From the NCBI GenBank assembly GCA_038496445.1, contig JALMLS010000480.1:62001-126000 (forward strand): a DNA stretch of 64,000 bases, given 5' to 3'. The position numbers and the translations under genes are program-made. Origin of the DNA: Trichosphaerium sp. ATCC 40318. Its lineage: Eukaryota > Protista > Tubulinea. Below the pieces are notes generated by a model. It did no database searches. It was not told the origin of the DNA and worked only from the letters and a program-made list of their open reading frames with translations. Numbering within the stretch: position 1 is the first letter of the stretch; the number at the start of each line of letters is the position of its first letter. Below, in pieces: positions 11,690-24,088 of the stretch.

Positions 11690-13011
11690 ATTTACCTAGT
11701 CGTAAACACGTAACCAAAATACCACGGAGAACGTTCAGAACAGAACCAGACCAAGAAGCATGGAGCGATTACACTCATCCAAGCGAGCAGGTATACTATC
11801 ATTCCTTAACGTTTCTTAGTTTAAAACAACAATCAAAACAGTTTTTCACTAAAGGTACGTTAGTCATACTGTGAAGGACAGCATTGACACGCAAATAGTT
11901 CATTGTGACAGATATACACCATTTGACAGAAGTGTTATTCTTGCTAGATCTGCTAAAAGTGACCTAGGCACTGTACACTGTACATTCAAGCCACAGAAGG
12001 CACCCAGTAGCCAAAGGAGAATAGGAGAAGTTTCGCTGGCAAAAAGCAACGCATAATACTCAAACACTGTACAGCTGTTGTTTTACGTGAGAACAAACTA
12101 AGGGTATTTTACAAGCAAGTGAACTAATCTCAAATTACAAACAAAGAAACTGAAGAGATGATTGGAAGTTTATTAGTGACTTTAATTGAGACAAGTACAG
12201 CCATGTCTAAAGCGAGTTTACTAAGGAAAAGGTTAAACTGTGCCAATGAATTACGACTTACCTGAGGAAGGTATTGGACATGCATGTTCAGATTGAATAC
12301 TAACAAAAGTACCATGAAAGCCATTAGTATCATCTATAGCCATCGAAGGAGTTGCTAGATGAAGACAATTAGCGCAAACAGAAAAAAGTAGTAACTAAAC
12401 TTACTAGCACCCTTGTTACATTCTACGGTAACTGCTGTGTACTTCCCAGTATCTCCTTTGCTGTAGTAAATAAAAACACCTGAACCACCAATGAGTCCTT
12501 GCACTCCAGTAAATTTGCCTAAACAAGCCTTGAAGCGGGTTAGAATGTAACATTTTCTTGTACTAGGAAATATAAAGGAATGATAGTGTACCTGCCCTCT
12601 TGGATTGGTGTAATCATCCCATGCTTGACAAACTCCCCACGAATCCTTTCCGGTATCCTTACAAAAATATTGTAAGAAAAAAAGCGTATCACGTGCTGAT
12701 GGCGTATCAAACATTGTACGTACTAAACCACAAACGCTTGCATTATTAGAGCATATGGATACTTTATATTGATAGAAACCTTCCTACGCACGCTGTTTAG
12801 GAAAAAAGAGCCAAAAGAAACATGAAAAAGTCGTACGTACTTTGCAAAAGTTACAGTTTAGCCTGCCCAATCCTGTTAATACGGTACTTTGGAGTTTTGA
12901 TAAATCATATTCTGAGCCATCTGGAGCCTTAATGTTCCCACATTGCCCTTGGCACACGGCCAAGAGGCATACTAGTACGGTTGCGATAATACAAAGTCCT
13001 GTTGTTGTCAT
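11690..13011 (-). CDS. Secreted/membrane protein with MRH (mannose-6-phosphate receptor homology)-like domain; 3' end uncertain
   Basis: Signal peptide MTTTGLCIIATVLVCLLAVCQG, then C..APDGSEYDLSKL, Y.VSIC, VCQ, YSKGD...VTVECN, SEHACP. Confidence 0.6.
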
Positions 13012-13042
13012 GAAGTTGGTGTTGTTTGAATGTGTTTGTGAT

Positions 13043-13352
13043 TGACTTAACTTGCGTTTTCGCATTAACTTGGGATTTACGAGAAAGTTAAGAGATGTTG
13101 TGATTATCTAGATATCTAGATCTGGTTTTTAGTATGTCTTAAAATGGTATGCTCTACGATACCCTGAAATATATCTAGTTTTTATTGACTTGCGTTTTCG
13201 CATTAATTTGGGATTTACGAGAAAGTTACAGAGAAAGTTAAGAGATGTTGATTATCTAGTTATCTAGCTATCTAGCTATTTTTTTAGTTACTTTGAGAAA
13301 AAAAAAAAAAAGTGTAGATATCTAGATATCTGGATAATCACAACATCTCTTT
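13043..13352. repeat. Tandem ~80-bp duplication plus inverted partial copy
   Basis: acttgcgttttcgcattaa.ttgggatttacgagaaagtta at ~13049 and ~13188; agagatgttgtgattatc inverted at 13335-13351; (tatctag)n. Confidence 0.75.
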
Positions 13353-13746
13353 ACAAGAGTTTTTATAGGCTCTAGTACTGTACTCTTTTTAGGATACGGT
13401 ACTGTACCCTTTTTTAGGTTAGCCACGTGATTAGTTATCTCTTGTTTATTGTTATTTACAACTTTTATGAGTAGATAGGGGGTGTATGTGTATCAAAATT
13501 GGCATTCAACATACTTTAATTCTAGAGATGTGTTATCGCGTGATAGTGTACCAGAGCGCTTGAAAAAGTCTAGCGAAGCGCAAGCGAGCCAGTTTCCGTG
13601 ATTTTTTATTAGTAGTCACCAATCTACGCGAAGCCCATGCGAGCGCAGTGCCCTTGAGTTGTCTAGGTAAACCTTGAGCGGGTCTCAAGGTTTGCCGAAA
13701 GTAGACTACACAAAAGCATAATCCACGTGATTTAACGCAGTACCTG

Positions 13747-14361
13747 TTGAATAGTCTTTTTTTTGAATTTGTAGAAAGAAATTATGTCAATGGTGAACTA
13801 GAACGAGAGCACATGCATACGGGTTTTAATTATAGTGTAATAAGCTTTTATGTAAAAGGTAAAGTAATAAGAAAGGACGAGTATTACTCAGGTAAACTGT
13901 CATCACAGAACAACTATGCCAATAATGGCAAACAAGTTGAGCGTAAGTGCTGGCATGATAATGGTAATCTGTCTTCGCAGGAGAAATATGTCAATGGTAG
14001 ACAAGAAGGAGAGTATAAACGTTGGAGTAATGATGGACAACTTGTGGAGCAGTGTAACTATGTTAATGGTAAACTAGAAGGAGAATACTGGCAGTGGTAT
14101 TCTTCAGGTGAACAACACAGCTTCCATACCTATAAAAACAATGAACTTCATGGTGCATACATAGAGTGGTATCATAATGGTTATGCACAAATGGAAGGTC
14201 ATTACATTAATGGTAAAAGAAATACTGAGAGGAGATACAAAAGAATATTTGGTGGAACGTTAGATTGGAAAATACGTGAAGAACTTTACTGTTTAGTGTT
14301 GTTGACTATCTTGGTTATTGCTGTTTCTAATGTTATTTACATTGTACTTTACAAATTTTGA
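13747..14361 (+). CDS. MORN_2/YwqK-type repeat protein with C-terminal transmembrane segment; start uncertain
   Basis: Repeats WHDNGNL/YVNGRQEGEYKRW/YVNGKLEGEYWQWY; hydrophobic tail LYCLVLLTILVIAVSNVIYIVL. Confidence 0.75.
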   Translation: MNSLFFEFVERNYVNGELEREHMHTGFNYSVISFYVKGKVIRKDEYYSGKLSSQNNYANNGKQVERKCWHDNGNLSSQEKYVNGRQEGEYKRWSNDGQLVEQCNYVNGKLEGEYWQWYSSGEQHSFHTYKNNELHGAYIEWYHNGYAQMEGHYINGKRNTERRYKRIFGGTLDWKIREELYCLVLLTILVIAVSNVIYIVLYKF

Positions 14362-14734
14362 TAGCTTAAAAGTGCACCTATTCGAAAAGCAAGACTAAAT
14401 ACATCAAGTGTATAAGATATAATCCTTATGGTTACAGGTGTTAATATTCTACGACCATAGTTTTCAATCACTTGGCACTCGAGGTGCCGTAATACTTTGA
14501 TAGATGACCAATATGGAGTGTAAGAATAATCCAGTACTAGATAGCTTGTATAAATTGCTCTTTTGAGGCATTACGACAAATTACAGTGTAAAATAAAAGA
14601 TAAGTAGGTGGTGCGTTGTCCATAATTAAATTTCCAACGGATATAAAACAAAAAGTATGTCAACATCCTTACCATCTAAATATAGCCAAGGCATGTGAAG
14701 ACTCAGTCTTTTGAAAACATGTAAGAGATTTTTT

Positions 14735-14955
14735 GATAGCATGAACACCTGAAAGTCATTTCAAACCATCATCTGTAATATAACCACAAGTACTAAAATC
14801 AATAGTATGAACACCTGAAAGTGATTTTAGACCTTCATCTTTAACAGCATAATAATTTCGAACATTGATAGTATGAACACCTGCTAGGTATTTAATATTG
14901 TCAGTACAAAACACCTTTACAAGCACTGATGTCAATAGTATGAACACCAGCAAAC
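14735..14955 (-). pseudogene. LRR fragment related to the F-box/LRR gene at 49975
   Basis: LAGVHTINVRNYYAVKDEGLKSLSGVHTIDFSTCGYITDDGLK*. Confidence 0.7.
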
Positions 14956-15527
14956 TGTTTTGCTATACTAACCTTTTTATCGAAAATCCGTGTCAGAATT
15001 CACAGAGTAGCGCTAAAGATGCAAAGTGAGGAAACTTCCCAGAATGTGAACAGGGTCTAAGAGAAGAAGTAACAATAGATGATGATGAAAATGACAATGT
15101 CTGGTGTATGTGAAAAACACAATTTAACTATTCTCTTATGGTATTTTTATTTGTCCTATTCAATCTCTACTTTTCACAACTGTGTTAAGTTATGAGCAAT
15201 GATGAACTCAACAATGGGATTGTTGGTATCCTTTTTATATCGCAAATCTGGGTTAATTCTGGAGCCACTGCAAGATAAAATTAAACCTATTAGAGCTGAA
15301 GATGCAAAGGGAAGAAATGTAGCAGAATGGAAACAGGGTACTTTGTTGTTTATTATATCCTTCAATATTGACAGTCTTGTTTGGTCCAACCAAGCGCTTG
15401 TAAATGTTCCACTTGTTCATTCAAAAAAAAAAGAGTTTGTGTTGTATTAAAATTGTTTTATAAAGTGAAGCAGTAGTTGGCTTGTTTTTTTTACGTTCAT
15501 ACGTTTATAACCCATGAAGGTCCATGA

Positions 15528-16724
15528 TCAGAAACTTTCCATATTTCTGAGAATTCTCATTGGGGTTGTAAGGATACTTGATATTCTTCGTTTCATTTCT
15601 TCCTTCTCTGATTCCAGATGCCAGCAGCGTTCTTTTAGTTCTTGGAGTTGAAGTATTAATTCAGCTGTATCAATACTAGCACCCAAGGGATCGTGTTCCA
15701 TTGGGTCAAACTGTTCATGACGATTTTCATTTAAGGCCATGTAGTGATCGCGCGTACTTTGTTGTAAAGTAGCATTGGAGGAGTAAGGAAAGTTGTCTTC
15801 ATTACTGAACTTAGTGAACGGATGGCAATGGTCATACATATCAAGTGCACTTTGCTGTTCAGGAACATTGCCTTCATCACTGAACTGAGTGAACTGATGG
15901 TAATGGTCATTGGGTGTCATGTTATGGTTGAAATTGTTTTGGAAAGTGTTGTGGTTAGATGTACTATGTTCGAAACTGTTACAAGGTTGTTGAGAAACTT
16001 GTAGCTCTTGCATTGGTATTGTTGTATCGTCGTTAAGTTGATATTCAACAAATACTCTGTTATAAGCATCGACATCATTCATGTGGTCGTGTGATTGATG
16101 GGGCTGTTGGTACACTTGTAGCTCTTGCATTGGTATTGTTGTATCGTCGTTAAGTTGATGTTCAACAAATACTCTATTGTAAGCATCTACATCATTCATG
16201 TGTTCATCTGTTTGATTTGGTTGTTGGTACACTTGTAGCTCTTGTATTGGTATTATTGTATTGTCATCAAGTTGAGGGTTAAAAAACACCCTGTTATAAG
16301 TATCGACGTCATTCACGTTATCAACCTGGAGTATGGATTCATCAATGTACTCAACATGTGAGAATCCTAGACCAAAAAGTAAGCACAATATGACAGCGAG
16401 TGAATGGTAAAAGTTTGGTACCCAACAATTTGTAATGTTTAATGTTTGCGTATTGTGAAACTACGTATGGCAAAGACATGTAAGGACCGTATGGGTGATA
16501 TATAACAAACTCAGTCATTTCTGTTCTGCCGAATACACGCTTTTTGAATGCCATTCTCTTTTTCTATCACATGTTTCAGTGTTTTGTTTTTCCTGTGAAC
16601 GTACCTTGAGAGTAGAACGTATACAAAAGTCATATGCGTTTCTAACAGTTGAAGCAACACTCTTTCCATGATTTAACAATGCTTGAGTACTTTGTTGATC
16701 GAGATAAACAAGCCATCCATTCAT
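15528..16724 (-). CDS. Hypothetical protein, 3 exons, with three 39-aa repeats and a C-terminal coiled coil (copy A)
   Basis: MNGWLVYLDQQST...STLK|KKRMAFKKRVFG...YKLL|GFSHVEYID...; in-frame GT-AG joins; 117-bp repeat period. Confidence 0.7.
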
Positions 16725-18132
16725 CGTCTTGCCTGAAACGAAGTGAACCTAAAACACAATGTGAGAATAAAGAATCAAGAATAAATAGAAAGAAGAGCCC
16801 ATACAGTACATGGTCTTGAAAGAGATGCATTTGGTAAAGCAAGTGTGAGGAAGTGTTGTAATAGAGTCATGTGTCTGGACATTATTGATCGTAATATTTT
16901 CTAATGTGTCACGTGATAACCCGCATTCAGAGAAATTCCTCAAAAATCTTCGTCTTTTTTGCCCATTTATTTGTGCTTATGGACACATGCTATACGTTTA
17001 GGTTTTACGTACGAAAGTTTGGTAAACGGCATTGCCTGGCGTTACATTGACGCCAAAAAAAATCACGTGTAGTACTCTATAGTTATTGATATATAGCAAC
17101 AGAAACCTTTTTAAATATCTCTGATGTTTACTAAAAAAAATCTCACCAAATTGAGATTATTCAATGGTGGAATACTCGCTTATGGAAATATGTACACATT
17201 GTAAATCCTAATAGGAGCCAGTCTACTTTGGTTATGCAAAACATAATGAAAAGGGGAGCGAAGAAGTTGTCTACACAACTTAAAATTAATGTAGTTTTTT
17301 GGCAATAAGTATTTAAAGCCATTTTTTCTCCTCTTGTTCGAAAACTCTTTTGTAACAACAGATTTAAATAATCACGTGACTACCTTGGCAAACTGCTTAG
17401 TAACAACTTTTTTAACCTCAATTGCGTTTGCTAAAGCCTTTCTACCATGACATACTGTCTGAGTGCTACAATATAGTTTGAACCATCCGTGTTACTACTA
17501 GGAGTAAAAATAGATTAAAATGATGACGCTATTGCCAAAAAACTACAATTGCTTGTTTAAGTCTTGTACACAACTCCCTCGCTACCCTTTCACTACAATT
17601 GGCATCTATCAATACATAGAGTGTGTAAACTGAATTCGTATTAGGATTTGAAGTGAGCGCAGCATATAATTTCCTTAACTTTCTTTGAAAAATATTTGAA
17701 CTATCTGTGAGCTGCTTAAAACAGCCTTCTACATTCCTCATATATCTCTCTATACTCCAATAATATCCTCACGTGTATTAGGGGTTATGGTCGTTAATTT
17801 TACGTCAATATCACGCCACCAAAGCTGTATTGTGTACTACTTTCGCGTTTGCCAACAAAAATGTATATCAGGCCTGTGTTAGCGCAATAAAGACTATAAG
17901 AGTTAACGTCGTTTTGTTTGATTCTCTGAATGTGGGTTATCACGTGACACATTAGAAAATATTACGATCAAAAATGTCCAGACACATGACTCTATTACAA
18001 CACTTCCTCACAATTGCTTTGCCAAATGCATCTCTTTCAAGACCATGTACTGTATGGCTCTTCTTTCTAGTTATTCTCGAGTTCTGTGCATTCTCAATAA
18101 TTGTTTAGGTTCACTTTGTTTCAGGCAATATA

Positions 18133-19152
18133 ATGAATGGATGGCTTGTTTATCTCGATCAACAAAGTACTCAAGTATTGTTAAATCATGGAAAAAGTGT
18201 TGCTTCAACTGTTAGAAATGCATATGACTTTTGTATACGTTCTACTATAACTGTATGTTCACAAAAAAACCTCACAAACATTAATGGTTTTAGAAAAAGA
18301 GAATGGCATTCAGAAAGCGTGTATTCGGCGGAGTAAGGATGAATGAATTTGTTATATATCACCCATATGGTCCTAACATGTCTGCACCATACCTCGCTTC
18401 ACAATACGCAAACATTAAACATTACAAATTGTCAGGTAACAAACTTTTACAGTACTTCACTCGCTGTCAGTTTGTGCTTACTTTTTGGTCTAGGATTCTC
18501 ACATGTTGAGTACATTGATGAACCCATAGTACAGGTTGATAACATGGACGACATCGATACTTATAACAGGGTGTTTTTTAACCCTCAACTTGATGACAAT
18601 ATAACAATACCAATACGAGAGCTACAAGTGTCCCAACAGCAAACTGGTGAACACATGAATGACGTCAATCCTTACAATAGCTTCTTTTTTGACCCTCTTG
18701 ATAACTATACAACAACTGCAATACGAGAGCTACAAGTGTACCAACAACCTTATCAAACAGATGAACACATGAATGACGTCAATCCTTATAACATAGTCTG
18801 TTGTAACCCTCAACTTGATGACGATACAATAATACCAATGCAAGAGCTAAAAGTGTCTCAACAGCCTTATGACACTGTTGAATATAATGCATCTCAATAC
18901 AACGCTTTCCAAAACGATTTCAACCATAACATGACACTCAATGACCATTACCATCAGTTCACTCAGTTCAGCGATGAAGGCAATGTTCCTGAACAGCAAA
19001 GTGCACTTGACTATGACAGTAGTGATACATTTGAGTACATGATGGTTCAACTTCAACAACTAGACGAACGGTGCCTACAGCTGAAGTCAGTGCCTTACAA
19101 TCCTAAATACGAAACTGTTTTTGATCCAGACTTAATGTGTATGAACTTGTGA
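18133..19152 (+). CDS. Inverted paralog (copy B) of 15528-16724
   Basis: Same ATG, exon structure and 39-aa repeats; shorter, different C-terminus. Confidence 0.7.
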
Positions 19153-19689
19153 TTGTACAAACCCAATTCATTGCTCACAATATAAACAATTTTAATAGAA
19201 GTGAACTAACTATATGATGATAGCATCAAATAAACACACCTTGGGCATATCTTGGCAAAAATATTATTGATCTGAAACAGTGTATTTTAGACTATTAATA
19301 AATCCATTTTCGATTTAGATTCTTTTGAGAATGCTTGCAACAGTGAGTACCATTGTTCGAACACTTCTTTAGTAAGTTGGCCTAGTATACTAGTTGTACC
19401 TATACCCAGTACATGAAATTCTATTAATATTCAGTAGTTTGTCTATACAGCTACAATTAGTACATGGTTCGTGTAACCATTGGCTTCGAACAGAAATGAT
19501 TCAATAACGAACTGTCTTGTTACATTACTTTGTACTGTTTACGGGTACTCAAACACTGTCAAAACTGACTCATCTAAATACTGTGGGAAAGCATCGCTTC
19601 TAAGAGTGTAAATAAAATAAGAGTTTAGCTAGCTTTGATTTTTGATTTTATTAGTCTATACATGAACGTCAATGAACTCCAATTACCTC

Positions 19690-19810
19690 AAAAAGAGAAC
19701 CCAACTAGTGCTGGGCGTCCAAACACAGGGATCGAACCTGCTTGACAGAATGAATCTTTAACAGAACGGCAGCGCTTATGCCAAAGGCATTACGTTCCTC
19801 TGCTACCAAC
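19690..19810 (-). other. tRNA-derived/Pol III-like element (B-box T-arm), not a complete tRNA
   Basis: Minus strand GCAGG-TTCGATC-CCTGT T-arm, A-box-like TGGCATAAGCG ~40 nt upstream, hairpin plus TTTT downstream; no acceptor stem found. Confidence 0.35.
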
Positions 19811-19840
19811 AATATGAGGTACTGACCCTCACGCCCTTTC

Positions 19841-22050
19841 ATTAATTCTATCATTACCTTTCAATCTACTATGTATAGCTTGTTTTCAATCTATTTTATC
19901 ACCTAATCAGCAACATACATACTGACCCGCTACACCCCCTTAATTCTATCATTACCTTTCAATCTACTATGTAAGTTGCTGACTCATTTACCCTATAGCT
20001 TGTTTTCAATCTATTTTATCACCTAATCAGCAACATACATACTGACCCGCTACACCCCTTCACATAGGTTAAATTTACAATTGTACAAGTGTTAATAGTA
20101 AGGAAGGGCCGACCGCCTAACCTCACTTTGGTAAAAACCAATTTTGATGAAAGTCTAGTTGATATCTTAACCAATAAAGCCATTTGAGAAAGAATGTAAA
20201 ATCCTTCACCATGACGAGCTCGGTTGTAGAGTTTCCAACACCATTTGATGAGAATGCCCAGAACCACAAGGTTCCTTTCAGTAAGCACAATGGCATTGTG
20301 TATAGTGTGTGAGTTATAAGAAAAAGTATAGCCAAGGGAATGTTTAGTGATGCGTATAACATAAGCCGCAGGCGACCAAAACAAGATGTATGAGATTCGG
20401 TCTTGTGTTGCATCATAGGCACAAGGTAGAAATCTCAAAATGGATTTGAGTAGGTAGTCCCTAACTAGAGGAGCACATTTAAGTTTGGGATGCTTGAAAA
20501 TGTGAGGGAAAGTTTTGTAAAGTTTTTTATGGGTAGAAAGCATTCGAGAAATTGTAGTTGTGTCAACTTTACGGACAAAATTAAAGTGGTAGAGGTCAGA
20601 AGAGGTGCGTGGTAACTTAATTTTGTGCTCGACAAAAAGGCGCTCCAACTCTGAGAGTGTTTTACCTCTGAAACGTTGGTTAATTTTAATCCATGCTTTT
20701 TTGCATGTGGTGTAATGATAGGAGGCCGCCAGTCCCGACCAGAGGCCTCCACCTTCATCGCCACCTGCATATTGATGCCAAAGGTTCCATTGACTATGGT
20801 ACACCTGAGAACCATAGTCAAAGAGGAACACCTCCCAAACACGTGCGAGTAGAGCTTGATTATACCTGGCAGGGCAACCAAACCTAAACCACAAGCTTTG
20901 AGAGGGTTAAAATAACGACTAGCTACACGACGCATAGACAATTGATTATTGAAGAGTGTAGCAGCCGCATACCGTATAGATCTCACTTGCGTGGGATGAA
21001 TACTAATAAAGCGAAAGTAATAAGTAAAAAGAGGCAGCGCATAGGCTGTATAAATTGTTTTCTTAGAAATTAGAGTACGTGCCAGGTAGCGCCAACGACA
21101 AACTCGCTTCAATAACGTCAGAGGCATAGTTAGCCACTCCTTCATCAGCTCGGAAGTAAATACCTAGGTACTTTACCTCGTCCGTGTTTTGAAAGGCGGG
21201 CGTCTTGAGATTACTAATACTGAAGCACTTAGAGGGATTAGCTATAAGGCCTACGGTGTGTTCAGCAGCTCTAAGAACCGCTTTGAAGTTAATTGCGTCC
21301 TGTGGGCAAGAACACAATCCAGCAATATCATCCGCAAAAGCAAGGGAGGTGATACGTGTTTCACGTTACACCTTGGTTTATTTCTTGCACACGGGCCAAT
21401 ATAGGCTCCATGCACAAGACAAAGAGAGTAGGAGAGAGAGGATCACCTTGTTTGACTCCTCTCTGCACCTCAAAGGGGTTACTTAGCTGGCAGTTAGCCA
21501 GCACTTGAAATGTAGAAGACTGTAAGCATGCCATGACCATTTTGGCAAAAACAATTGGGATTTTAAGATGTGCCAGTTGAATAGCTATATGAGCAACAGA
21601 ATCAAAAGCTTTTTGAAAATCCAGTTTAGCTTGCTATGACATCAGACATTGTACTTTTCCTCAAGGCAGCATTAACAAAGCACCAATATTTGGTACTCCT
21701 ACAAGTATATAATCACAGCCTACTGATACGCAGGATGCTCTTGAGCAAGGTAAACCAGTCGACTGCAAAGGTTCCACTCTGTTATACACGTGGAGAGGAA
21801 GAGGCGGGTATTAGTTTGTGTTTTGACACTTATAAGCAAGAGGCAAAGAGGACTAATTTGCTGCGAGTTTTCTTTGTCAAATGTCGACTTCTACTTAAAC
21901 GTTTCCGCCTCTGTATGAGCTTTACGTGCGTAGAAGAGCCAAGTTCGACTAGTTGTATGCGTTTCAGGAAATCAAAAAGCGGAAAACAGTGCGAGTGGGT
22001 CTACAATCTAGACAATAGCATTTTGAGACTAGTTAAGTTGATGTAGCAGT
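19841..22050 (-). mobile_element. Degenerate non-LTR retrotransposon (L1/Tx1-like) reverse transcriptase
   Basis: LDFQKAFDSV, RGVKQGDPLSPTLF, AFADDI, GLIANPSKC, VKYLGIYF, GGDEGGGL, WCWKLYNRARH; stops and frameshifts; no endonuclease seen; ~100-bp tandem duplication at 19841-20060. Confidence 0.88.
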
Positions 22051-22121
22051 ATATTTTGTACTCCTTTGTGCGGAGGTGAACAGTTACAAGTAAAAAAGGG
22101 CTTTAATGCGGTAGATACGGT

Positions 22122-22364
22122 TTAACACGGCCAATATCCTCTTAGACAACAAAAACCAGGACGGTATACTTTTCTACTACCATGCGTGCAACAATAGTTG
22201 CGCCATCTGTAGCTACATCCTCGCTTGCTTATAGTAGCGCCGCTTTCTTTTTCTTCTACAGCGTGTTTTCGTTCTTGAATAGAACGCCTTGTACTTCCTC
22301 TAGCGTATGCAGTAGTAACAGCAATAATTACTACAAGTAAAAGGAGGGTTGTTGCAGCCTTCAT
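22122..22364 (-). CDS. Prepro secreted cationic 6-Cys peptide (antimicrobial/toxin-like)
   Basis: Signal MKAATTLLLLVVIIAVTTAYA, propeptide ending KR, mature GCSYRWRNYCCTHGSRKVYRPGFCCLRGYWPC. Confidence 0.75.
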   Translation of the reverse strand: MKAATTLLLLVVIIAVTTAYARGSTRRSIQERKHAVEEKESGATISKRGCSYRWRNYCCTHGSRKVYRPGFCCLRGYWPC

Positions 22365-22769
22365 CTTGATACGGCAGTGAATCCCTTTTTTAGAATTCCC
22401 CGAACTCAAAGCGGAGAAATCTAGTTTTTACGACATTCCGTAAAAACAATTTGGAGGGCAAATACGGACTATTGTGTAGCCAAATCTCCTCAGTAAATGT
22501 GATGCCAGAGGCATCTACTACTTCAACTATACCGTCGTTGTCAAGCAGAGACCTTGCATCTCATCTCTGCGATGCATCCGATAGATCTCAAACTTTACTC
22601 GTTTAGTTTGTATTTTAAAAGGCAACATGTCAGTGGACTACTATGCAAATGTGGTATTCTAGGGAGCTCCAAAAAGATGGATCCGTCATGTATAGAGGAT
22701 GATATGTTGGTATACACTTAAACGTTGTACAACAGCTTAATGATATAATCCATTTAGTGCCACCATGGC

Positions 22770-23000
22770 GAGCACAGCTTACCCGTTATGTATTTGTATT
22801 GCATTTTTGAATGTTCCATCAATTTACAATGTAATGTACTCTCCTTCAAGATTGTCATTGACATAATAGTATGCTATTGCAACTCTATTTGCATACCAAT
22901 CTTTTTATTCACCTTCAAGATTACTCTTAATATTGGCATGCCTTTTTTAATACACTATTTTCATACCACCCTTTGTTGCTACAAAAGGATCGTTCTAAGA
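22770..23000 (-). pseudogene. Degenerate MORN-repeat relic
   Basis: NKGWYENSVLKK, NLEGE*KDWYAN, YYVNDNLEGEY with stops and frameshifts. Confidence 0.55.
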
Positions 23001-23461
23001 CACGTACAATGGTATTTGTCAAGGGCTTATATCGGAGTTGTACCGATCGCTCTCAGCTCAAGGAAACTTTAAGCACGCCAACTACTAGACTGGTCTATGT
23101 AACAATAACAGTAAGGTTGTGACCTTCATCCCTAAAGGGATTCATGCTCATGTACTTTTTGACAGTGTCTGGGCCTATTTTAGCCAGGTATTGCCAGCCG
23201 CAAAAACATAAACGTTGACCAGTCCTAGCCATAAGAGTCTCACATCTATTTGTTTCTTTACTCATTGTAGCCCAATGCGTGAGAAAACTGTATTCATTTT
23301 ATATTAGTACAGCTTATTAATAGCATTACAAAAATAGATGCAAGTTCTCAAGGAATCTTCTATGAAAAGCAAAATATTGCTTGGCTTTACTCCTAATTTA
23401 AACTATTAATTTATTGATTGGTTCCTTAGTGTGTTTTGTATATACACTCATTACATAAACC

Positions 23462-24088
23462 CTAAAGCACATTACAATGTACTTGCTTCAGATTCCAATG
23501 TTTGGATTCTACTTCCCGGCTTCCATTGATGTAGTTACATTGCTTATACATTATACCACTAAGTGTCCACGCCTTGTACTCTCCTTGAACTATGCCAGCA
23601 ATATAACTACAATGCTCTTCTATTTGACCATTCCTGTACCATCGCTTACACACTCCTTCTTTTTTATTATTAGCATAAACACAAATAGTCTTTGTAGTGC
23701 CACAACTATACCAAGCCTTCCACTCTCCTTCAAGGACACCATTAACACAATGAAACTGCGCTTGTAATTGACCATTGCTGTGCCAAACTCTCCATTCTCC
23801 ATCATCCTTACCAGCTACAAAGCTACCTTGTACTTCAATTTGACCGCTTTTAAACCAGGACTTATACTCTCCATGCTGCTTACCATTGTTCCAACATTCT
23901 TGGCAAACAACCCTTGAAGCTGACACACTTTGTTTGAGCCATGTGCCATGTTTCTTCAAGTCATCTGTGAACCTTGTTGTAGTTGCTGTGTGCTTAGACA
24001 ATAGTGGCCACTTGTAGTACACTTCAAAGTCAATATCGATGATACCAAGCTGTAATTCGGTTGGAAGATTAAATAGATAAGTGTTCAT
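23462..24088 (-). CDS. Intronless F-box-like + MORN_2 repeat protein
   Basis: FNLPTELQLGII...WPLLSK; ~6 repeats such as NGKQHGEYKSWFKSGQI. Confidence 0.85.
   Translation of the reverse strand: MNTYLFNLPTELQLGIIDIDFEVYYKWPLLSKHTATTTRFTDDLKKHGTWLKQSVSASRVVCQECWNNGKQHGEYKSWFKSGQIEVQGSFVAGKDDGEWRVWHSNGQLQAQFHCVNGVLEGEWKAWYSCGTTKTICVYANNKKEGVCKRWYRNGQIEEHCSYIAGIVQGEYKAWTLSGIMYKQCNYINGSREVESKHWNLKQVHCNVL

Noticed and set aside
13655-13712. Hammerhead ribozyme (stem followed by GAAA)
   Set aside because: The CUGANGA core is absent
19690-19810. Functional tRNA gene
   Set aside because: Only a T-arm; no acceptor or anticodon stems found
19841-24088. Diversity-generating retroelement (RT near MORN-repeat genes)
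   Set aside because: RT motifs are non-LTR type and broken; no template/variable repeat pair with adenine-specific differences was seen
23462-24088. MORN gene as a new mobile insertion
   Set aside because: The paralogous segment at 44415-44500 retains its 3' tip, so deletion in the other copy fits better
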